The translations under genes were made by a program, and so were the position numbers. Shown in pieces: positions 45,577 through 54,826 of a DNA stretch of 64,000 nt. Source of the DNA: a virus; IMG/VR virus record IMGVR_UViG_3300042898_006156, positions 32,001 to 96,000 of that record; one strand, 5' to 3'. The notes under the pieces are model-generated. The model made no database searches and was not told the DNA's origin. It worked only from the letters and a program-made list of their open reading frames with translations. The stretch's first letter is position 1. Every line of letters starts with the position of its first letter.

Positions 45577-48021
45577 ATGGATATTATCAAGCGTAATGGT
45601 TCAAGAGAGCCATTGAAATTAGAAAAGATCTCCTCACGTATCAAGAAGCTTACATATGGCTTGAATGAACGTGTAGACCCAGACATTGTAAGTACCAAAG
45701 TTGTTTCTGGTCTTTATGATGGTGTTTCTAGTACCGAACTTGATCAGCTAAGTTCTGAAACAGCTGCATCTATGGTCACAGTTCATCCTGACTTTGGTAA
45801 ACTTGCTGCTCGTATTGCAATTACAGCACTATACAAGGATGTTGAAAAAGACTTCTCAGTTATAGCAAAGAAGCTTTATGACTACATCAATCCCAAGACT
45901 GGTGATAAGGCTGGGATGATTTCTGATGAGGTTTATGCTGTCATTCAGAAGTATTCTCAAGAATTAGATGCAATGATTGTTCACGATCGAGATTTCAATT
46001 TTGATTATTTCGGTTTTATGACATTGCGTAAATCTTATCTCTTGAAGATTGATTCACAAGCTGCAGAAACTCCACAGCATCTTTATATGCGTGTTGCTGT
46101 TGGTATTTGGCGTGAAAATTTGGAGATGGTTCAAAAGACTTACGATATGCTCTCTCAAGGTCTTTTTACTCACGCTACTCCAACTCTTTTTAATGCTTCA
46201 ACTAATCGCCCTCAACTTTCATCTTGTTTCTTGCTTGATATTGATGATGATAGCATTCCTGGAATTTATAAGACAATTTCAGACTGTGCGTTAATTTCTC
46301 AATCTGCTGGTGGAATTGGCATCAACATTCACAAGATTCGTGCTAAAGGTAGTTATATTAAGGGTACTAATGGATATTCTAATGGAATCATCCCTATGCT
46401 CAAGGTATTCAATGAGACTGCTAGATACGTTGATCAAGGTGGTGGAAAGCGTAAGGGTTCAATAGCTGTTTATCTTGAGCCTTGGCATGGTGATATCTTT
46501 GATTTTCTTGACTTGAGAAAGAATCAAGGTAAGGAAGAATTACGTGCTAGAGACTTGTTCTTAGCTATGTGGATTCCTGACTTATTTATGAAGCGTGTTG
46601 AAGCTGATGGTGATTGGTCATTATTCTCTCCTGATCAAGTTCCAGGATTGATTGATGCATACGATTCTCCAGACAAGAAATCTTTTACTGAGCTTTTTGA
46701 GAAGTATGAAGCTGAAGGTAAAGCACTCAAGACTATTAAGGCTCGTGAGTTGTGGGAAAAGATTTTAGATTCACAAGTTGAAACTGGTACTCCTTATATG
46801 CTTTACAAAGATGCGTGTAATTATAAGAGCAATCAGAAGAATCTTGGAACAATCAAATCTTCAAATTTGTGCACAGAAATTTTAGAATATACGGATAAGA
46901 ATGAGATTGCCGTATGTAATCTTGCTTCTGTTGCATTGCCTAAATATGTACTTATTCCATCTGGCAAAGTTCGTGAGAAGGATAAGAAATTACGTAAATA
47001 TGACTTTAAATTCTTATATGAAGTTGTTTACCAAGCAACAGTTAATTTGAATCAAGTTATTGATGTAAATTTCTACCCAACTCCTGAAACAAAGAATTCA
47101 AATAACAAGCATCGTCCAATTGGCTTGGGTGTTCAAGGTTTGGCTGACACCTTTGTTATGATGGGTTTACCTTTCGAATCAGATGAAGCAAAGAAATTGA
47201 ACAAAGATATCTTTGAAACAATTTATTTTGCTGCTCTTACTGCGTCTAAGGATTTGGCAAAGAAACATGGCTCTTATGCGTCTTTTGAAGGATCTCCAGC
47301 ATCTCAAGGTTTATTACAATATGACCTATGGGGACTTACTGAAAATGATCTTTCCGGTATGTGGAATTTTTCAGCGCTCAAAGAAGAAATCAAGCAATTT
47401 GGTTTGAGAAATTCACTTCTTGTTGCTCCAATGCCTACCGCTTCAACAGCACAGATTCTTGGAAATAATGAGTGTTTCGAGCCTTTTACTACCAATCTCT
47501 ATAAGCGTAATACGTTGAGTGGTGAATATGCTGTTATCAATAAGCATTTAGTAGAAGATCTTGTAAATCTTGGCATCTGGAGTGACAATGTTAGATTGAA
47601 GCTATTCAATGAGAATGGTTCAGTTCAAAACATTCCTGAAATTCCTACTGATATCAAAGAAGTTTATAAGACAGTTTGGGAGATGAAGGGCAAGTCTATT
47701 CTTGAAATGGCTCGTGATCGTTCATATTTTATTGATCAATCACAATCATTGAATATGTTTATGGCTGAACCTACTCCAAGTAAATTATCTTCTGCTCACA
47801 TGTATGGTTGGAAATTAGGATTGAAGACAGGTATGTACTACCTACGTGTCAAACCTAAAGCACAAGCATTAAAGGGACTTGGAATTGATCTTTCTAGTGC
47901 ATCTATCCAAGAGGTAGAAAAACCTAAAGAAGTAGAACAAATGAAGGATTTTAATGCTGAAGAATTTGCTGCTAAAGTATGTTCTTTATCTGATCCGGAT
48001 TGTGAAAGCTGCGGAGCATAA
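45577..48021 (+). CDS. nrdA: Ribonucleotide reductase class Ia alpha subunit with ATP cone
   Basis: IIKRNG ATP cone, SSCF, SNLCTEI, VCNLAS, APMPTAST, KTGMYYLR, C-terminal CESC. Confidence 0.97.
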   Translation: MDIIKRNGSREPLKLEKISSRIKKLTYGLNERVDPDIVSTKVVSGLYDGVSSTELDQLSSETAASMVTVHPDFGKLAARIAITALYKDVEKDFSVIAKKLYDYINPKTGDKAGMISDEVYAVIQKYSQELDAMIVHDRDFNFDYFGFMTLRKSYLLKIDSQAAETPQHLYMRVAVGIWRENLEMVQKTYDMLSQGLFTHATPTLFNASTNRPQLSSCFLLDIDDDSIPGIYKTISDCALISQSAGGIGINIHKIRAKGSYIKGTNGYSNGIIPMLKVFNETARYVDQGGGKRKGSIAVYLEPWHGDIFDFLDLRKNQGKEELRARDLFLAMWIPDLFMKRVEADGDWSLFSPDQVPGLIDAYDSPDKKSFTELFEKYEAEGKALKTIKARELWEKILDSQVETGTPYMLYKDACNYKSNQKNLGTIKSSNLCTEILEYTDKNEIAVCNLASVALPKYVLIPSGKVREKDKKLRKYDFKFLYEVVYQATVNLNQVIDVNFYPTPETKNSNNKHRPIGLGVQGLADTFVMMGLPFESDEAKKLNKDIFETIYFAALTASKDLAKKHGSYASFEGSPASQGLLQYDLWGLTENDLSGMWNFSALKEEIKQFGLRNSLLVAPMPTASTAQILGNNECFEPFTTNLYKRNTLSGEYAVINKHLVEDLVNLGIWSDNVRLKLFNENGSVQNIPEIPTDIKEVYKTVWEMKGKSILEMARDRSYFIDQSQSLNMFMAEPTPSKLSSAHMYGWKLGLKTGMYYLRVKPKAQALKGLGIDLSSASIQEVEKPKEVEQMKDFNAEEFAAKVCSLSDPDCESCGA

Positions 48022-48052
48022 AAAAAGAGGGGAGAAATCCCCTCTTTTTTTT
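48021..48052. terminator. Bidirectional terminator (GAAA tetraloop)
   Basis: aaaaaagagggga-gaaa-tcccctctttttt. Confidence 0.9.
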
Positions 48053-48413
48053 ATTTTGGTTTATAGTACATAGTTCTGGAAAATGTATCTGTCAAATCAT
48101 AATCTTTTCTTTTTCCAGCATTATCTACAAATTCATTTCGCTCATAAAATCTTTGAAGTGCACCCTTTTTGCCTTTCTCAGGTTCAGGGTTTAAAACAAT
48201 TGGCTTGCTTACTCTTTGGCTATAATCTTTAAGAGCAGTAATTATTTCTGTTCCTATACCCATACCTCTCATCTCTTTTGGTATGAATATTTTATCTAAT
48301 TTGATTTTGTTTTCAAATTCATTGATTCTTAAAACAATTTCTGGATATTTATTCATAAAAAAATTGATTAATTCTTGAATATCATTTTGATTTTGAGCAA
48401 GTCGATACCACAT
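48051..48413 (-). CDS. GNAT-family acetyltransferase with a MWYRLAQ leader
   Basis: IFIPKEMRGMGIGTEII acetyl-CoA motif, L.RFYERNEF; start at 48413. Confidence 0.75.
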   Translation of the reverse strand: MWYRLAQNQNDIQELINFFMNKYPEIVLRINEFENKIKLDKIFIPKEMRGMGIGTEIITALKDYSQRVSKPIVLNPEPEKGKKGALQRFYERNEFVDNAGKRKDYDLTDTFSRTMYYKPK

Positions 48414-48414
48414 A

Positions 48415-50349
48415 TTATTTCCTAACAACTTGCGCTTGTTTGGATTTGTAATAATTTAGTAATTCTTGTTTTTGGGCTTCCGACCATTCATTGAGATTAT
48501 AAATTCTCATAAAAATAGGTCCTTTAATTTTTATATTGCTGGCCATCAATTTATCTATTGCCTTTATAGCTGATTGAAAAGTAATTTTTAATTTTGTATT
48601 ATTTTGAATTAACTTTTCATATTTTTCTTTCAAGCTCATTATTTTAATATATAAATCATTTGCAATTTTCTGTTTGACATTTTCTAATGAGTTCTTAGTG
48701 AAATTATCTTGCTCTAAAGTTTGATTTATTTTTTGCTTGACAATATTTGGATCTAGCGTATAAGCAGTTGAGGCGATTTGATAAGGCGAATGCATACCTT
48801 GATATGTTGGTTTGCTTGTTTGTGAAATTTGGAAGTCATATAAGAAAAAATCTTCAGGATTATTAAAAGTCAACGGAGGAAAAATTGTCTTAATTAATTG
48901 CTGATATATTCTGTCAATATTTGCCTGATCATCAATATACTTAGAATTTTTTGTTGATATGGCATTAATAATTTTTTGCCCAATTTCATATTCATATTGA
49001 TTGGCTAGTACCATTTCATCCAATAAAGAAACTTGTGGTATTTTTTGCAAATCAGATTTATTTGGAAAACCTGCAGACATGAAATATCTTACAGCTTCGG
49101 GCATTAATTTATTTTTAAAATATCTAAATTCTTTATTGTCAGGAGTGAAATGAAATGGCATACCATCATATTTCATCCATTCCATAACTTTTTGACCAAT
49201 TGATGATTCGTAAATATCCAAATGTTGGTCAATAAAATCTTTAATATTTTTTGGTAAGTAAAAATTGTTTATAAGTTGATTAATTGGACTTATTTTTTCT
49301 CTATCTTTGAAAGTAAAATTTTTATAATTGAAAGAAGATGGATCTTTGGTTTTATCCAATGATAAAGATAACCTGTAAAGTGCTAACTCTAATTCATCTT
49401 GAGAAACAGGTTCTATACTAAAAAAATATTCATTTTTATTCAAGAATCCTACAATATCATTTATTTTTTGTTGATCATTGATTAAATTTTTTGCATATTC
49501 GTGTTTGTCACCAGAAAATTTATCTATTGCATTTTGAAATGCCCCAACTAAAGTACTCAATCTTCTTGATTTAAGGTTCGTAGTTGTATCAGATTTAGAT
49601 AATTGACCTTTTTGCTTCAAAGAATCAAATTTTATATCAGAACCAAAATCTTTAAAGCTGCTAGGATTTTTTTTGACTTCTTGTCTTACAATATCTAACA
49701 ACTGATTTTGTCTGATATTTTGCTCAGAAGTTTCTGGGAATCTATACTCAAACCCCATCAATGATAATATTTCGTAACCTTCAGCAAATGCCTCGAACTT
49801 ATTCGTTTTTGCGTAGCCAGTTGGAGCCATTCTTTGATATTTCTTCATGTCTTGATTACTACGATCTAGTCGTGTTGATTTATCAATAGCGTGTCCAATC
49901 TCATGATTTAATGAAGACATAATATAATCGAAATTAATAAATATTTTATCACTTGTGGGTTCATACAAACCTGTCCAAGGCAAGTTTTTATTAATACCTA
50001 TGTTAGTTAAAACTGTGCCTCCGCCTTCTTTGCCCACATTTATATCAAGACCCTTTGAAGCAATAGTGTTTAAGGCTCCTTTAGGGTATAATGCAAAAAC
50101 ATTCATTACAGTAGAAAAAATTTCATTGATTTGAGATTGAACTAAATTTTTAAATGTTTCCAAAGTTAACTTAGATTTTGATTCTGTTTGTAGTTTTGAA
50201 TCACCACCAGGTAAACTTTGATATATATTAACAGTTGGATACTCAGGCAATCCATTAGAAGTCAAAGTACTTTTCAAAGAAATTTTTAAAAAATTTCCTT
50301 CTTGGGTAATATTATAGTTAAATTTATTCTGAGCTGTTTTGTACCACAT
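48415..50349 (-). CDS. Zincin-like metallopeptidase domain protein with a MWYKTAQ leader
   Basis: GLY.P....I.I, LNHEIGHAID, YAKTNKFEAFAE. Confidence 0.7.
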   Translation of the reverse strand: MWYKTAQNKFNYNITQEGNFLKISLKSTLTSNGLPEYPTVNIYQSLPGGDSKLQTESKSKLTLETFKNLVQSQINEIFSTVMNVFALYPKGALNTIASKGLDINVGKEGGGTVLTNIGINKNLPWTGLYEPTSDKIFINFDYIMSSLNHEIGHAIDKSTRLDRSNQDMKKYQRMAPTGYAKTNKFEAFAEGYEILSLMGFEYRFPETSEQNIRQNQLLDIVRQEVKKNPSSFKDFGSDIKFDSLKQKGQLSKSDTTTNLKSRRLSTLVGAFQNAIDKFSGDKHEYAKNLINDQQKINDIVGFLNKNEYFFSIEPVSQDELELALYRLSLSLDKTKDPSSFNYKNFTFKDREKISPINQLINNFYLPKNIKDFIDQHLDIYESSIGQKVMEWMKYDGMPFHFTPDNKEFRYFKNKLMPEAVRYFMSAGFPNKSDLQKIPQVSLLDEMVLANQYEYEIGQKIINAISTKNSKYIDDQANIDRIYQQLIKTIFPPLTFNNPEDFFLYDFQISQTSKPTYQGMHSPYQIASTAYTLDPNIVKQKINQTLEQDNFTKNSLENVKQKIANDLYIKIMSLKEKYEKLIQNNTKLKITFQSAIKAIDKLMASNIKIKGPIFMRIYNLNEWSEAQKQELLNYYKSKQAQVVRK

Positions 50350-50387
50350 ACCTTTCTTTTTACTTCAAAAACGGGTAAAATCCTTGT
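50350..50387. promoter_or_regulatory. Overlapping divergent promoters in 38 bp
   Basis: Plus strand: TAAAAT-6-ATG 50388; minus strand: AAGG...GTAAAA before ATG 50349. Confidence 0.55.
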
Positions 50388-50705
50388 ATGGCAAAATCAG
50401 TAGTTAGAGAAGTAAAAATTTTAGATGCAGTATTGAAAGAAGATGAAGGCACTGAAGATGAGCCTACAATTGTTCAATTTATTTGGCTTCAACTTCAAGA
50501 TGTAAAGTCTGAAAGAGTATATACTGCTGTGTTATCACTGGAAGATATTAAAGATTTGACAAAGATGGATCGTTATTTAGAAGGTCGTGAACTGATAAAT
50601 TTCAGCATTGCTCTTAAGAATCGTGAGCATCCATTGTCTCTTATATTTAATCCAGAAGACCAAGAGATTACTGTAGATATGATTAAGAATGAGGAAGGTA
50701 TTTAA
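50388..50705 (+). CDS. Hypothetical protein
   Basis: First gene of the dut-dnaX-sigH operon. Confidence 0.7.
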   Translation: MAKSVVREVKILDAVLKEDEGTEDEPTIVQFIWLQLQDVKSERVYTAVLSLEDIKDLTKMDRYLEGRELINFSIALKNREHPLSLIFNPEDQEITVDMIKNEEGI

Positions 50706-50706
50706 C

Positions 50707-51228
50707 ATGGCAGCATCAGGAAGTGGACAGGTATCAGTATCAGGTCCTAGTGGTTACAAAGCAACAGTTGAAATTAAGGCTTTTCGTGAGGATGCAATTA
50801 TCCCTAAGAAGGCTACAGAAAGTGCAGCAGGATATGATCTTTGTGCTTGGCTGAAAGATTCTTATGATGAGCAAACTCTTGTTACTCCTCATTCAACTTT
50901 GATTGTTCCCACTGGTCTCAATGTAAATATTCCAAATGGTTACGAAATTCAAATTCGACCTCGTTCTGGTTTGGCTGCTAAATTTGGTGTTACTGTTCTT
51001 AATACTCCAGGTACTATTGACAGTGATTATTGTGGTGATGGCGAAGATTTTGAACTTAAGGTAATTCTTATCAATCATAACAAGATTCCATTTTCTATCA
51101 AGCACGGAGATCGAATTGCTCAAATGGTTGTAGCAAAGTTGGCTGATCACGAACTTGTTGAAGTTGAAGAATTTGGTAAGACTGATAAGACATCTCGTAA
51201 GGGTGGATTGGGTAGTACAGGCAAGTAA
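50707..51228 (+). CDS. dut: Trimeric dUTPase
   Basis: AAGYDL, RPRSGLA, NTPGTIDSDY, GDRIAQ, RKGGLGSTG. Confidence 0.95.
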   Translation: MAASGSGQVSVSGPSGYKATVEIKAFREDAIIPKKATESAAGYDLCAWLKDSYDEQTLVTPHSTLIVPTGLNVNIPNGYEIQIRPRSGLAAKFGVTVLNTPGTIDSDYCGDGEDFELKVILINHNKIPFSIKHGDRIAQMVVAKLADHELVEVEEFGKTDKTSRKGGLGSTGK

Positions 51229-51605
51229 TGGAACATAATATTGATCAAGCCACAAAAAATTACACTATTTTTTGTGATTTAGACGGAACACTTTGGGAGC
51301 AAGGCGATCCTACAGAAATTGCTAAACCTGGATATCAACCAAAAATTATTCACGGAACTGTAGAGAAGATTCGTGAATGGGATAGCAAGGGTTTCAAAAT
51401 TATTCTCACTACTGGCAGAAAAGAAAGTTTGCGTGATGTTACGGTCAAGCAGCTTTCTTACGCTGGTGTTGTTTATGATCAACTAGTTATGGGCATTGGT
51501 GGTGGGTCTAGGGTTCTTATTAACGATTTAAGAGCTAATGGAGACCAATCTGCTTTTGTTTATCAGCCAGCACGTAATGAAGGAATTGCAGGTATTAATT
51601 TATGA
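51228..51605 (+). CDS. HAD-family phosphatase
   Basis: FCDLDGTL, LTTGR, LIND. Confidence 0.8.
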   Translation: MEHNIDQATKNYTIFCDLDGTLWEQGDPTEIAKPGYQPKIIHGTVEKIREWDSKGFKIILTTGRKESLRDVTVKQLSYAGVVYDQLVMGIGGGSRVLINDLRANGDQSAFVYQPARNEGIAGINL

Positions 51606-51937
51606 TACATCCAGAATTTAAAAAGTTTGTGAACTTAATTGGTCACGATATTACAATTTCAGGACACGCTACATTGCCTAGATGTGAGAATCCTTGCCGA
51701 ATAGAAACCAAGCAAAGAATTGTTGCTTATTTGTCTGGAATTCCTATTGCTGAAACTCACTTTGAAAAAATTGTAAATCTTCCTGATTCTGAAGATGGTG
51801 TTTATTACATTGTAAGCAGAATTGTAATGGACTTTGTTCCATTTGATCGTGAAGATGTATTTAGTGTTGATACTGGTCCAACAGCAATTCGTGATCAAAG
51901 TGGACAAGTAGTAGCGGTTACACAGCTATCATTATGA
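51602..51937 (+). CDS. Conserved viral hypothetical protein
   Basis: NL..H.I...GIP...NLP...DGV.YIVS...R.D...IRD..G pattern. Confidence 0.7.
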   Translation: MIHPEFKKFVNLIGHDITISGHATLPRCENPCRIETKQRIVAYLSGIPIAETHFEKIVNLPDSEDGVYYIVSRIVMDFVPFDREDVFSVDTGPTAIRDQSGQVVAVTQLSL

Positions 51938-52416
51938 GTGATCCAGAATTTATTGAGTCCATTGAATGCAAAGAAATTGCAGAAAAGCTCGTTTCTAAAT
52001 ATTATCCCTTTTTAGGATATGTAAATTTAGATTTAGTTCATTTTGTAGAGATGGATGGATATAAAGGAAAGAATGCCCCGCCATATATTATGTCGGGGCT
52101 AACTCAATCTTGGGCTAGGGGAATTTTACAATCTCTTGGTAATGGAAAAGTTTACTGCCTTGGTGTGTGGTCTGACTTATGGGAAGAATTAGAACAATCT
52201 AAAAAGGAATGGATTATTTTCCGTTGCTTATATTCGATAAGTCCCTCATTGGATGGTAAAATTCGTACATTCGATGTTCAAGATTATGGCTTTATTACAG
52301 AATATTTTGTTAGATCTGGATTTGGCCCTTATTGGATGTCCAAGGAAGGTTTACCGTCTCTTTTAGAAGGTACTCACGCCTTATCTCTTATATTACCGAT
52401 GGAAGATGATGATTAG
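51934..52416 (+). CDS. Phage metallopeptidase-like protein, probably inactive
   Basis: IA..LV, W.EL...K..II motifs, but HExxH is replaced by RCLYS and HD by FD. Confidence 0.5.
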   Translation: MSDPEFIESIECKEIAEKLVSKYYPFLGYVNLDLVHFVEMDGYKGKNAPPYIMSGLTQSWARGILQSLGNGKVYCLGVWSDLWEELEQSKKEWIIFRCLYSISPSLDGKIRTFDVQDYGFITEYFVRSGFGPYWMSKEGLPSLLEGTHALSLILPMEDDD

Positions 52417-53467
52417 TCAAAGCTATTACAATAAATATCGCCCTAAAACATTCAAAGATATAAAGGGCAGTAAGTCAGCAGATATTCTTGAAATTCAAAT
52501 TAAGAATAACAGAACTACTCACGCCTATATTTTTGCTGGCCCTCCTGGTACTGGTAAGACAACTCTTGCTCGTGTTGCTTCAGCTCATCTTCTTTGCAAT
52601 GAAGGCCAAGATGATTTGAAAGATATGGTCTTAACTGATGAGCATCCAGATGTTTATGAAATTAATTGTGCTGTAAATAATGGTGTTGATCATATCCGAG
52701 AAAATGTTGTTCAATTATCTCGTCTTGCTCCAACACTAGGTAAATATAAGATTTTTATCCTTGATGAAGCTCAAATGCTAACCACTCAAGCTCAAACATC
52801 TCTTATCAAGCTTACTGAAGAACCGCCAGCATATGTAAAATTTTTCTTTTGCACTACAGATCCACATAAAATTCTTCGTGCTATCCATACTCGTTGCCAG
52901 ACATTTATGATGAAGAAGTTGACTAAACAAAATTTAGTTGAATTACTTACAGAAGTTTGTGAGAAAGAAAATCTTGTTTTTGAAGAAGAGGCATTAAATC
53001 TTATTGCTACTGATGCTGAAGGTAGTGCTAGAACAGCTTTATCTATTCTTGAGCAAGCTTCTTACAAAGATATATCTGAAGAAAACATCAGAGAATTGCT
53101 TGATAGATCTCCAAAACAGCTTGCAATAGACCTTTCTTACACAATAATTAATGAAGATTTTGCTAATGCGTTTAGAATAATTCAATCAGCTAACGCAGAA
53201 GGAAGAAATTTAGGTAATTTATTATCAGAAACATCACAAATCTTCATTACTGCTTTTAAGTATATTGTTATTAAAACAAAAAAGGTGGAAAGAGATGAGG
53301 ATATAGAAAATATAGCCAAGTCTGTTGATACTTTGTTGCTTATAGATATCGCAGAACAATTGTATAATATTTCAAAAGATATAAGGCAAACTGTCTCAGA
53401 GGATATCGTTGCAACTACTGGTGTCCTCAAAATTATAGAAAAGTACGCAAATAGGGAAAAGGCGTAA
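52406..53467 (+). CDS. dnaX: DNA polymerase III gamma/tau clamp-loader subunit
   Basis: KYRPKTF, HAYIFAGPPGTGKTT, KIFILDEAQML, EEPP, TRCQ, GSAR. Confidence 0.9.
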   Translation: MMISQSYYNKYRPKTFKDIKGSKSADILEIQIKNNRTTHAYIFAGPPGTGKTTLARVASAHLLCNEGQDDLKDMVLTDEHPDVYEINCAVNNGVDHIRENVVQLSRLAPTLGKYKIFILDEAQMLTTQAQTSLIKLTEEPPAYVKFFFCTTDPHKILRAIHTRCQTFMMKKLTKQNLVELLTEVCEKENLVFEEEALNLIATDAEGSARTALSILEQASYKDISEENIRELLDRSPKQLAIDLSYTIINEDFANAFRIIQSANAEGRNLGNLLSETSQIFITAFKYIVIKTKKVERDEDIENIAKSVDTLLLIDIAEQLYNISKDIRQTVSEDIVATTGVLKIIEKYANREKA

Positions 53468-53507
53468 AAAGAAGTTTTTTTAATGAATTGTGCCTTCGGG
53501 AGTTTTG

Positions 53508-54197
53508 ATGGCAACCGAAGATTTCAGAATAGTCAGAATAGTAAATAGAGCTAAAGCAGGAAACCAAGCAGCATTTAAAAAGTTGCTTAAGATGGTAGAA
53601 CCAGATCTCAAGAAGATTGCACCACACTTTTTCATAGTCGGCGGAGACAGAGAAGATGTAATGCAAGAATTGAGATTAGGTGTATTTAAAGCGGTAAATT
53701 CCTACGATTGCACTAAAGACACAACATTTAAGAACTTTTGCGTAAATTTAGTTTGTAAAAGACATCTTGCAACAGCTATAGCGTCAGCGAAAAGAATGAA
53801 GAATTCAGCTTTGAATGATTCTATTTCGCTAGACGCTCCTTTTATTTTAAATGATGATGGTAATTTCCATTCATTAGGAGACTATATTCCTGATAAGAAA
53901 AATCCTTATGATGAATCTCCAGAAGTAAATTTAGTTGAAGATATTATTGTTAGACAAGAATTAGAATTAAATTCAGAAATGTTGATGGATAAACTCACTT
54001 CATTAGAAGCAGACATTTTTGTTGAATATGGTCACAATTCATCATACAAAGAAATTTCTCACACCTTGAATGTTCCAGCTAAATGTGTTGACAATGCACT
54101 CACTAGAATTAGAAAAAAAGCATCTGAGGTTTATGTTCAATTCAAAGATGATGAGAACAATGATGCTACTCATAAGAAGCCAAAAGGTAGATCATGA
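53508..54197 (+). CDS. sigH: SigH-like RNA polymerase sigma factor
   Basis: FFIVGGDREDVMQE...G.FKAV..YD, F..F...KR...TAI..A.R.K...LN..ISLD, SYKEIS..L....K.VDNALTRIRKK. Confidence 0.85.
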   Translation: MATEDFRIVRIVNRAKAGNQAAFKKLLKMVEPDLKKIAPHFFIVGGDREDVMQELRLGVFKAVNSYDCTKDTTFKNFCVNLVCKRHLATAIASAKRMKNSALNDSISLDAPFILNDDGNFHSLGDYIPDKKNPYDESPEVNLVEDIIVRQELELNSEMLMDKLTSLEADIFVEYGHNSSYKEISHTLNVPAKCVDNALTRIRKKASEVYVQFKDDENNDATHKKPKGRS

Positions 54198-54826
54198 TAA
54201 ACTTTCTTCGCACAGCATCTGTTTTGGATATCTTAGGATGCTTCAAACTTGCAGATAAATTTACCAAAGTAGCAATTGATTCTTCTGATTTGGATTTTGA
54301 TCAGGTATATAAAAATCCTCAGACATTTTCTGATTTTGCCTTAACCAGAGCTAGAAAAGAAGGCAAAGATCCTATTGAAGTTTTAGGTGATGATAACTTC
54401 ACTTTTGATCGTTCAAAAGATCCTTTAGAACAAATTTCTGACAAACATAAAGGCACAAGAAAACATTTTGAGCTTTATCCTCAAATTTTATTATTTCCTG
54501 AAAGTGGTGTTTGGAAATTTTTCTTTATGGATCCTTTGTCATTTAAGGCATTATCAAGAGGGTCTGATAAAGAAGGTAAACTAATTACAGATCAATTGTC
54601 TATTCCTGGTTTAGAAGAATTATATAGTGATGAAGAAGATGCAGAAGAAATTCATCATGAGGTTGTTTTCACCACTAATTTACCATTAGAAGATTACAGC
54701 AAAGACGAAGCTATAAGTAGAATAAGACAAAAATTCCCTGATGCCCACATTGATTATCAAATGAATGGTGTGGATGACAGGGAATTTTTTGATGAAGAAA
54801 AAGATATAGATTTATCTTCTTCTTAA
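54194..54826 (+). CDS. Leader-bearing hypothetical protein
   Basis: MINFLRTASVLDILGCFKLADKFTKVA resembles the leaders of the minus-strand family. Confidence 0.65.
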   Translation: MINFLRTASVLDILGCFKLADKFTKVAIDSSDLDFDQVYKNPQTFSDFALTRARKEGKDPIEVLGDDNFTFDRSKDPLEQISDKHKGTRKHFELYPQILLFPESGVWKFFFMDPLSFKALSRGSDKEGKLITDQLSIPGLEELYSDEEDAEEIHHEVVFTTNLPLEDYSKDEAISRIRQKFPDAHIDYQMNGVDDREFFDEEKDIDLSSS

